In this document: one piece after another, positions 41,601 through 51,838 of the stretch
Layout of the letters: each line of letters opens with the position of its first letter
Numbering within the stretch: position 1 is the first letter of the stretch
Assembly (NCBI RefSeq): GCF_008831285.2
Contig: NC_045138.2
Location: forward strand, 22,134,001 to 22,198,000
Direction: 5' to 3'
Source: Nymphaea colorata
Taxonomy: Eukaryota
Length of the DNA: 64,000 nucleotides
Made by a program: the position numbers and the translations under genes
The notes under the pieces: generated by a model
Databases searched by the model: none
Seen by the model: only the letters and a program-made list of their open reading frames with translations
What the model was told of the DNA's origin: nothing

Positions 41601-44600
41601 ACATTGGATTCTAAAAGCCTGTTCAACAACCCTCTGATCTGACGTTGAACCTGACCAAGCTCCTCTGACTCATTATCAGAGAGACGCCTCAAATGAGAAG
41701 CAATATATTTCATGCTCCCATGCACTGAAGATTCCTTTGCACTCGAAAGGTCATCTTGTGCTGCTTCCTTGTTAAGCTTCTCAACATTAGACATGGTTGT
41801 CACCTCAACACTGTCAGAATGTGCAGCAGATGTTAATGACAGCTCTGTCCAAAGTCAATCTTAAACAAAACAAGGAAGGACAATGGTATGTAGATTCTGG
41901 TGCCGCAGCTCATGTGACTGATGAGCAGGTAAGCTCTCTAGTGCTCTCCCTTATTTAGCTAAAGGTTCAGTTGTCACATGAGATGGTTCCCATCACAAAA
42001 TATCTTATATTGGAAATGCACACATATCCATGACTCATTCCTCCATACCTTTAAAGAATGTTCTTGTTGTCTCAGATGTCAAGAAAAATATCATTTTCGT
42101 GTCAAATCTTATCGATGATACTCATTCTTCTATTGAGTTTACTCCTTCTGTTTATGTCAAGGATGCTCGAACCAACAAGACGTTCGTTAAGGGTGTTCGC
42201 AAAGGCGACATGACGTCATTGTAGAAGCTCCAAAGGTGTCCGAGTCATGTGTTTCAGATTCATCTTTTCCCAGTCATAGTGAAGTCAATATTACAGAGTA
42301 TGATAAGCCATTCACTTGGCATGGTCCTTTAGCCCATTGTAGTCGGTCTTTCATTCAAAGTCTTTTTGCAGACGGACTATTACATAAGTCCAGTCAATGA
42401 GTCTAGCATGTGCTCAAGCTATCGTATTTGCAAGAGCCATGCTCTTCCTTTCCAATCAATTAATAAGTGAGCTTCTAAGTTATTTTATACCACATATTCT
42501 GATGTTTGGGGGCCTGCTCCTATTTCTTCTTCTTTTGGAAGCAAATATTATGTTGTTTTCATTGATTCTTGTTCACGTTACACATGGATCCACTTCATGA
42601 AAAGAAAATCAGAGGTTTTCTGCTTGTTCACTCAATTCCATGCCTTCGTCCAAAACAAATACTCTGGTAATACTGTGCGTTTCCAATGTGATGGTGGTAG
42701 TGAGTTCATTTCAAATGAATTTACTGAGTATTTACTAAATCATGGGATCACTAGACAAATTTCCTATCCACACACACCACAACAGAATGGTATTGCTGAA
42801 AGAAAGCATAGACACATAGTTGAAGTGCTCAAGTATGATGCATAACACAGATGTGCCGATGAATTTATGGACTGAAGCCTTCCATACTACTGTTCATGTT
42901 ATTAATCAACTGCCACTATCCATACTTGAAGGAAAATCTTCATTCTTTATTTTATATCAAGAACAACCAAATTATGATGAGCTACGTGTTTCTTGATGCA
43001 TGTGTTATGTTCATGTTGATGTTTCCTTGAAAAATAAGTGTTAAGATCGAGCTATTATGTGCAGATTTTTGGGTTATGCAGAGAATTATAATGGCTATCG
43101 CTGCTACAATCCAAAGACTGGACGTGTGCATATTTCATGACATGTTGTTTTTTATGAGCACAGGTTGAAAGACTTAAAGAGCCACGTGCGATGTTCAATA
43201 CAAGCAATAATACATACGATTCATGGTTGGGCGCTGAAATATTAGGCCACAGAGATGACGCATACCACACACACAGTGACAAAATTATAAATGATTCTGA
43301 GGCAGTCTCAAGTGTTCAGATAGACAACGTGCCTCCACCTCCTTAGACAACTAGCATGTCTTTGCCTAATCAGTTTTCAGGAATAGTATATACTTTATGA
43401 TTAGTTCCAGCAACCGCTCCAGAAACTGTCATCACTTGCCCATGTAGATCAGAATGTGTGTGACACCCTATTGATAGATGAGTAAGTTATGATAACTTCT
43501 CTTTAGATTTTCAACTTTTTATGGCAGAATTGAGCAAAGGGATTGAGCCAAAATGTTATGAACACGCATGCAAGAACACGTATTGGGTTGAGGCCATGAA
43601 TGAAGAAATGGCTGCTTTAAACAACAGTCAAACTTGGGCGATTGTTCTTCGTCCAGATAATAAGAATGTAGTGGGTTCAAAATGGATTTACAAACTCAAA
43701 TATAAACCCGATGGAAGTATTGATAGACATAAAGCTCATCTTATGGCTAGAGACTTCACTCAATAGTACGGAGAAGATTATGATGAGACTCTCAGTCCAG
43801 CTGTCAAGATTGAAACAATACAGGTTGTCATTTCTCTTGCAGTCTCACATGGATGGACTTTATATTAGTTGAATGTTAAAAATACTTTTCTCCATGGTTT
43901 TTTGAAATAAGAAGTATACATGGAACAACCTCCAGGTTATGCTACTAATGATCCAACCAAATGGGTGTGTAAGTTACAAAGATCACTATATGGGCTTAAA
44001 CAAGCATTTCGCTCATGGTTCGATAGATTTTCTATTCATGTACAGCAGGCTCGTTTTCTCAGAAATTCCCTTGATCATTCCTTATTAATATCATTCAGGT
44101 GAAATTACAACTTGGCTACTCATATATGTAGATGACATAGTTCTCACCGGAAATTCTTCATGTCATATATCTCATGTTAAGGAAGTATTGAAGCAACAAT
44201 TCAAAATAAAGGATCTCGGTGAACTGCGGTATTTTTTGGGTGTCGAGCTTAATAGAAAGGGTGACATGTTTACTCTTACACATCACAAATATACTCTTGA
44301 TATATTGGACAAAGCATGTATGACAAGTTGCAAGCCTATCAATACTCCTAGTGTTCTCAACACAAAATTAAATGCCTCTGATGGGAGTAATGCATATCCA
44401 AATCCTAGTTTTTATCGGAGTATAGTCGGCATGTTGCAATATCTCACATTTACACGCCCAGACATAGTATATGCCATGAATCAAGTTTCTCTGTTTATGC
44501 ACGTACCCACAGAAGGACATATGGATGCTACTAAACGTATTTTGCATTATCTTAAGGCTACTCTTGGGTATGGACTGTCTACACAAGAACGACAACTGAT

Positions 44601-47600
44601 TTGAATGGACATACCATTTTCACCTATATTGATGCAGATTGGGCAAGTGATCCAAATGATAGACGATCAGTTTCAGCTTTCAAGTTATTGTATCTTCCTT
44701 AACTCCAATCTTGTTTGCTGGAGTAGCAGGAAACAACGTGCAGTTACCAGATCGAGCACTGAGACAGAATATAGGGCAATGGCTGCTGGCACGGTTGAAG
44801 CTTCATGGTTGCGTCTCTGCTTGGGGAACTCTCTCTTCCTATTGCCCAATCATCTCTATTTTGTGATAACTAAAGTGCCATCAAGATTGCTTTCAATCCT
44901 ATCCTACATAATTGTACTAAGCATATAGAGATTGATCAACATTTCATTCGCCAGAAGGTTGAGGAAAACGAAATTGTTCCTACTTATATACCCACGTCTT
45001 AACAAGTAGTTGATCTATTTACCCAGGGGCTCACAAGGCATCATTTTTGGGAATTGAAGAACAAGTTGTCCATGATCAAACCTCATGCACAACTTGAGGG
45101 GGCCTATTAAGATATGGGTCGGGCCTAGTCAAATCAGACCCAACCCAACTCATCTTAATCACACGCATGGGCAGGTGGCGTACTTGTAATTTTTGATATT
45201 GTTTTGTGTATTTTGTTTGTACACTAAATTATGATTAGTATATAATGATAACAAGGGGCAGGCGTTAAGGCTTCTGCCCTCTTTCTTCTCTGTCTCTTGC
45301 ACGAGCATCCTATTCCTCTTCTCCTCCTTTTGTATCTACTAAGGACTCCATCCGGTGGTTTGGTGTTACATATCAAAAATCTTATAGGGGAGGGGTGCGA
45401 ACAATGGGGATAAGGTCCTGTAGACGTTTCTACATCTTCAGGGGAAGACCATACTCCCAAAGTGGCACCGAACGTATTCCAAATGGATGCACTGGAACTC
45501 AGGTCGAAGGCCCAGTGGATGCATGGCAGGGTTCATAGACTTGAGCCTATTGCGTCAGCCAGGCTCATAACGCATAACACAAGTATAATGAGAGCGTCCA
45601 TCTACAGTCAGTGATGGCCTGCAAACCAAACCCCTTCTGCAGCATCAGCGACAGATGCACGATCATTTTATCGCTCAAGGATGACACCATCATCATGTCA
45701 GTAGTATCAAAGAAACAAGGTATGCTGCAGAAACCTCCATGGATACACCAAACGACCTCGATACCATCCAAATCTTAGGTGGGTGTTTTCTGCAACGTCG
45801 AGACGAGTGGGCTAGAAACCGAGCGACCCTTCATTCACACCCCAACACACCAAAAGGAGGATAAGCAAGATTGGGGGAGTGGGCAGGTGTTGCAACCCGA
45901 CAAACCTCCATGGGTGTGGATCAGAGATGCCATGGTAGTGGGAAAGATTGTAGTGGAAATGAAGAACAAGGACACTACGCCATTAGCTTGGGCCTCACTA
46001 GCTTGTGAGGGAAGGGCCTCAAATGCCCCACCCATGCCATTGCCATTTACGATGTCTCTTTTGGCAGGGGTACCAGCAACCAACCTTATCCATTGTTGGC
46101 AGAAGGGAGGGAGCCGAGTAAGGCAGGGAGGCTCGAGGGAATGAACATCTAAGGTACTATTATTTGATATTATAATTGATTATCTTAGTTCCTTGGAGTT
46201 CGGCAATAAGGTTCCAGCGAAGGGTATATACTCCATGTCAGGTATACTCTCACCAACAACATGCCTAAGAGAATCGGGGAGGGTCGACTGGTTCATAAGG
46301 ATGGGGAGAGGGAGTCGATGATTGCTCTTGCAATCCGTATCGCTAGGACGATGGTGGACACTGACCAGAAACAGAAGACGCTCAGCACTGAGGACAAGTC
46401 AAAGGTCGTTGCTTCAGGGTCCATGCCTGTGGCAAAGGTGGAAGAGGCGTGGTCTGGTCATAGTACAGCAGCGCGGAGCAATCTGAACAGCAGAGACGCT
46501 TTAATCTTGGGTCATTTGGACAGGTGGAGCAATTGAACTTGTAGTGTTTGAAAATGGTCCATTGATACTAACAGTCTTGTTTACTCAAATTAGGGGTGTT
46601 GATGGAGATGTTGTACAAGGATCAGTGGACATCTTGAGGGCTATTATTTTTAGAAGATACCCTCTGCATTTGGAAGTCAAGGTCTTCAAGAAATTTTTGG
46701 GCGGCATGATTCAAAAAAATCACATTCAAAGGAGAAATGCTGTAGATGTTCTTTCTGAGATCAGGGCAAGTCGTGACATAGGAGAACACTTTTTGGAACT
46801 CCTTGGTGATGAAGAGCTTGTAAATCGTGTATCAGCAGCCAAACTGTTCTCGCAGCTTGCCTACTTTTGTTCTGCCTGCTTTGCAGAAATACATCTATTC
46901 TCATGATAAGTGAGTCCAGTCGGATGCTAGTGATGCTTTGATTACATTACTGAAATATCAGAAAGACAAACTTGATGCAGTATCTGTACTTCTTGATTGC
47001 CTTAGAGATTTTAGTCACAGTTCAGATGCCTCAAAGGTTTCAGCATAAGCAGCAGAAACTACAATCTCAGATGTTCCACCTTTACAGTCAGGTTCAAGAC
47101 TGGACATTGATTTGTTTCTTTGGTTGACACCTGAGTGGTCTGCTAGTGTAAAAGACTGGAATGGTATGATTGAGCATTTGATGGACTCAAGGTTTGGTGA
47201 TCCATCAAATGCAGATCTTCACCGCTTGTTGAGTTACATTAGCAAGGACATGGCAGTCTTGGGAATTTAGTTCTTCACCGCGTTTTATTGCATATGTGTA
47301 GTCAAAGAGATATTAATGAATCCCTGCTTTCCAAATGGAAGGCTGGATGTTACACAGAAAATGTTTCCATCGAGTTGAAGGATATGTTGTTCGATTGGCT
47401 ATGTCCACTTCTCCTTATTAGGTTACTTCCTCTGCGTGTTCTAGATGGTCTGAGGAGTGAACTCCTCGATCATGTATGGTAAATTGGCAACATCTAGAAA
47501 ATATGATGAGAAGGATGATGAATATTGCATAGCCACCTTCCTAGTAAATAAGGTGTTTCATTTATTGGAGTTTAGAGATGTTCAAAAAATTGCGGCTGAA

Positions 47601-50600
47601 TTATGTGGTCGTCTTCATCCACAGGTTATAATTGAAGCTCAGATGCAGAACGTTGTGCTCTATCATGATATTCTGAAGATAAAAGCAGGCTTGTTTGCCA
47701 CTTGCTCATCTCTTATGATTAGGGGGTCATGTTCTTTACACCAGCCAGCCATGGCCAAAATGGATACTGAGATGAAAACATGCAATGGCTGTACAATAGT
47801 GGGAAAGGATTTTCATTTGATTGGTGCCTTATTGGATAATTTCTTGAGTTATTCCAACATATTCTGGAGGAGCTTGTTTCCTTTGCAAGACCAGCATCTG
47901 CTGTATTGCGGTCCTGAAATATGCTGGAAGGTGTTGATTTAGCTGGTTCCGTATTGGGAAAGCTTGGGGGGCCCAGTCACGGAGATTGCCCACCTCTTCA
48001 GCTACTTCTCTGCTGCAAGCGGCCACATCTCTAAGGGCTATCACTTCCCTATTTAAGTTATATGTTCATTCAGAGAATAGCCTGGTTACTTCAGTCTTCA
48101 GCAGTTGAGTTTGGTGGAGTTACACTTGGAATGTGATTACATTGCTGCTTCCTGTAACGAAGGCTGAAGCAGAAGTTTAGTTTGCTGCACATGAAGCCCT
48201 GGCTCATGCTCTGGAGGCATTAACTGTTACATTTCTTCCTAGAGACGTTCACATATTAATGATGAATGGCAATCCTATAGTTGGAGAGTTAGAAAGGAGA
48301 ATCATATTGGATTCTTTAGCGAACAAGTTTCTTGACTGTATCAATGAGCTTCTTGCAATAGGAATGCTAGCCCGCAGTCAGCGAGCTGTTTTGATTCACT
48401 GGAAGTGGTGCAGCCTGGATTCATTGCTACTTATTCCCTACTGCATAGTTACTAGTGGAGATCACAAGGAGCCCTGCAGATCAAATGCAACTCTTAATTG
48501 AGTTCTTGTTGATGTCCTTGATAGCTTTGCAAATGCAAGTGAAGGTTTTTTCCTTCCTATGCTGAGATCAATTAAATTGGTAATGGAGTTGCAATCTTCA
48601 GCTTGGGGCACACTGATCGCATGGACAGTACAGAATGCAGCACAACACTGGCGGGAAGGACTACCCTCATTTGACAGTGATTCCATATCAAACTCTCACA
48701 CCTTGAGGACAAGGTGTTTTTCGAAGGACGGAGTAATGTTACAGTCTAGGGTTTGGATCAGGAATCAGGTCTGTATCGGGTCTACTGGACTGACCCAGAA
48801 GATTACTATAAATAATGGAATTGTGGGGGTCATTAGGGTTATCGATGAAATGAGGTCTCTCCTCTGGTGAGGGGGTTGCTCTAACTGGGTTAGGGAAGTG
48901 TGTGTGAGTGAGTTTGTGGGGACTAGGTAGTTAGCAGGTGGCTGCTAACAGTCCACTACCCTGCTAGAGTCATGTCAGGATCATAGAGTGTTTGGCATTT
49001 CTATCATATGATGTCTTATGATAGGCCAAGGAAAACCCCCATCACTAGGCTCGTATTGGCCCTTATTTTGTTCTTGTTCTCATATTTGGTTTTACCTCTT
49101 GTCATTTTCACCATCTTCTTCTATTTATCCCTGTTCAGCTCTTTTTTTCCCCTTTTCCCTCCTTTTCTTTTCTTGTTCTGTCAAGGCAGGTTAGAAAGTG
49201 TATGGAGCAACCTTTCCTGCACACATAATGCATCAGAGGTGTCCAAATGGGGCTTCCCTCTGGTTTTTGTATGTTAAATCATATTCTATGCCTCTGATGC
49301 TGATCCAGTTATGCTATAGGTTTCCATTTCAAAGTTCGAACATATATGTTTTCTGCTCATATTATCAACTCTTATAGCTAGTGCTTGTCTGGTTTTATTG
49401 GTTTATGTTTTGTTTGACTTTCTTTAGGTTATTTCAAACTTGACTGCTGTTGGAAGTCCTTTATTTGTTCTTGAATCATGGGCACGTTTCCCGAAGGAGA
49501 GGGCAAGGCTTTTCAAGCTTATAGCAGATAGCAATGTGAGTTTTGCAGACTCCCCTTTTTCTAAAGGGGCAACTGACTTTTTATGAGCTTTGAAATTTTA
49601 AGCAGTTCTCTGCATCTCTTTGTCATGCTCTTATGTTTGTATGGGGCTTTTTAAATATTAAAGCTAAAACTTTCTTGTGGCAAAAAAGTTTCAAGGCCTA
49701 GTGCTTAAAGAGTTTGGCAAGTTCCTGCATTTCCATATAACTGAGGACCTTTTTTTGAACATTGGACAGAGAAGTGGGGTGTTCTTCATAAGTGGGGATG
49801 TCCATTTTGGAGAGATTACACGATATGACTGTGGCACTGGATACCCTCTTTATGATGTAACCTCAAGCGGGCTTACACAATCTGTTGAGCAGGCGATCCC
49901 CCATTCACTTTCTTTGTTAGTGAGGTTTATGGCATGGTTAATGCCTAGTACCATGAGGATTTACGGAGAAGATTGTCGCTATAGATCATGCACATATGGT
50001 ATGTAACTTGCATATGATATTACAAGCTGATGTTCACACATGTAGGAGAAATATTAGATTCTATATAACTTTTTGTGTATGAAAATGCTCTTGTTAATTA
50101 GCTCTTATACTGAAATTGGACACCAAGTCAATTAATGAAGCACAAGAATCTCTCAAGAGATTTGGACAAACTTTGTCTTATTAAACGTGTCATGGTTGCT
50201 GGTACTTGCACTTTGTTAGTGAGAAATCCTTTGTTGGTATATAGGCTAGGTTCATCGGCTTATTTCCATACCTTTGGTAGGATTCACTAGACTCGTCATT
50301 TGTCCTCATTAATTCATTGGGGCGAACTTTTCCATTGTTGATCTGAATTCATATTTTTCTTTAAACATTTATTTCATACGTGAAGTCATTTGACATTTAC
50401 TGTGTGCAGCTAAACCAAACTTTGGTGCCATTGAGATAGACTGGGATGCTGCTCCTGTATCGTTAAAAATTGAGTTGAGAGATGTGAATGGAGATCCTGT
50501 TAACAATGTAAAAGTACTTTTATCAGATCTGCATCCTGGAGGCACATACCGAACCCAACCGACAGCAGGAACCCACAAGCACCACTGTTCTCTTGAAGTT

Positions 50601-51114
50601 GATCTTCCTTGGCTTTCTCGGCACTGCTTTGCTATTGTGTTCTATACATCTTTGTTAGGTAAACATCTTCGTGTTGATAAACCCATCTCAAATATATAAA
50701 TTGAAATGCACTTGCATGTTATGAGTAACTTTTAACGATTGCCACTTTGAATATATTATTGAAGAATGCAACATATACTTTTTTTTTTGGGCTTAAAGTA
50801 TGGAAATTTCATAGCAGAATAAAGCAAAAATCTGACTTTAGAAGCCGAACCAGATTTGTTTTGGCTTGGAACTGGGCTTTGAGTTATTTCTCTCTCTCTC
50901 TCCCACACATATGCATGCCCAATTGCCCACTTGTTCCTGAGCAAAGACATCTCACTAATCACCCAACCGATTATGCATTCCGTCTACTCTTTTTAATTTA
51001 CTTTTTTTATCCTTGTCTTTATGTTTGGCAGGATTGGCGTTGGCAATGGGCGTGCTCATCCATATAACAGTATCAGTCAGCAAACAAATCTTTGTGAAGC
51101 TCAAGCGAGATTAA
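35652..51114 (+). CDS. PhoD-like (calcineurin-like) metallophosphatase, 450 aa, with signal peptide and C-terminal membrane anchor
   Basis: Exons 35652-35783, 35921-36148, 36495-36616, 37643-37703, 37955-38095, 49428-49535, 49770-49998, 50410-50658, 51032-51114 (1353 nt, phases consistent). PhoD motifs [52 protein letters not shown] and NFGAIEIDW. Resembles Arabidopsis At5g42370 from recall. Intron 5 spans 38096-49427. Confidence 0.92.
40086..41825 (-). mobile_element. Gypsy-derived non-autonomous LTR element A, 3' portion, carrying a host gene fragment
   Basis: 217-bp LTR at 40086-40302 (TGTTAG...CTAACA, TATA at 40237-40244 on the minus strand), preceded on the minus strand by a purine tract GAAAGGGAGAG and 'HLEDK'-type Gypsy pol-terminal sequence. 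5' LTR and PBS not found. Confidence 0.75.
41155..41825 (-). pseudogene. NOM1: Processed fragment of nucleolar MIF4G domain-containing protein 1 (NOM1/Sgd1-like)
   Basis: KYIASHLR...[17 protein letters not shown]...[17 protein letters not shown], frameshift, [51 protein letters not shown]...[20 protein letters not shown]. Continuous with no intron, one frameshift and one stop. Confidence 0.8.
41825..45370 (+). mobile_element. 5'-truncated, degenerate Ty1/Copia retrotransposon
   Basis: Protease [12 protein letters not shown] near 41884; integrase FQCDGGSEF and [57 protein letters not shown]; RNase [35 protein letters not shown] at ~45094; 3' LTR 45105-45370 (TATTAA...GTTACA). Many stops and frameshifts; gag and 5' LTR are absent. 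Confidence 0.92.
45371..46150 (-). mobile_element. Unassigned degenerate retroelement-like segment (possibly a LINE 3' region)
   Basis: GC-richer, coding-like minus strand with an FWCVG remnant reminiscent of the LINE 'WxIWxERN' region. Weak. Confidence 0.25.
46530..47758 (+). pseudogene. Processed fragment of an ARM-repeat superfamily gene (At3g57570-like)
   Basis: [13 protein letters not shown]...[12 protein letters not shown]...[22 protein letters not shown]...[65 protein letters not shown]. Intronless, with internal deletions, frameshifts and stops. Identification is from recall. Confidence 0.72.
47760..48605 (+). pseudogene. Processed fragment of a SpoU-family tRNA (Gm18) methyltransferase, Trm3/TARBP1-like (At4g17610-like), non-catalytic region
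   Basis: [52 protein letters not shown] and [23 protein letters not shown]. Intronless, with stops and frameshifts. Identification is from recall. Confidence 0.72.
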
Positions 51115-51838
51115 CTTATGCCATTCCCTTAATGAATGCGCACAGCAGTTATTCATTCTGAACCAGTGGACCTGCATTGATGATTGTTAGCATGGTAAAG
51201 ATCTGTGTAACACTGAATATTAAGCTGACGGAGCCTGTCTTTTTTGGCTTTTAACATTTTCGTTTTTGATAGCCAATTTTTTGTGGTCATTAAAGCTGAG
51301 GTTAATTTCTTAGCAGCAGATCTGGAGAAGTTGCATGCCTCCCAATTTATTGTGTATACCTAAGACATTTCCTTGCTCTGCAACTGAGTATCCACTATCC
51401 CATTATTATTTTACTCTGGTCCATTTCTATTGGTACAAAATGTGATTTCAACTTTAACGGACACAAAAAATTGGTGCAACGGTCGGGGCTGAGGCTGGTA
51501 GGATGTTAGTTTTCGTTTTGAATCCTCGTGATATCAATCCTTTGTGCGGTAAAAAGAGGGCCATTGACGTGCAAGTTGAAGTATAGCAGGGGTAGCACCC
51601 CATGATATTGAAAATAGGCCCTGTACCCTAAAGAGATAAGGGGTTGGCTGAAGGCATCGGCCTTTTGCTATATATTCTGTCAAATATTCTTGGTTTCAAA
51701 AGAGTTCAATCGAGAACATCTGACACAATATAATTGTAATTAAAACATTTTGTTTTTTTTTTGTGACAAATATAAACAACAAATATTTTGTTGTAACAAC
51801 ATAAAAGCAACAAATTATTCTTGTGACAAAATAAAACG

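Larger units (their letters stand above)
46160..48950 (+). mobile_element. Gypsy-derived non-autonomous LTR element B carrying two host gene fragments
   Basis: CACCTTGAGGACAAGGTGTTTTTCGAAGGACGGAGTAA ([12 protein letters not shown] plus purine tract) directly before a 214-bp LTR at 48737-48950 (TGTTAC...CTAACA, TATAAATA at 48807). The left boundary is tentative, based on a possibly decayed PBS TTTGATATTATAA near 46163. Confidence 0.75.

Noticed and set aside
40086..48950. A single 8.9-kb element with inverted LTRs or TIRs (DIRS-like or DNA transposon)
   Set aside because: The flanks TTTAC and GTCCA are not a TSD, the two LTRs share only blocks of similarity, and each has its own PPT. Two separate insertions fit better.
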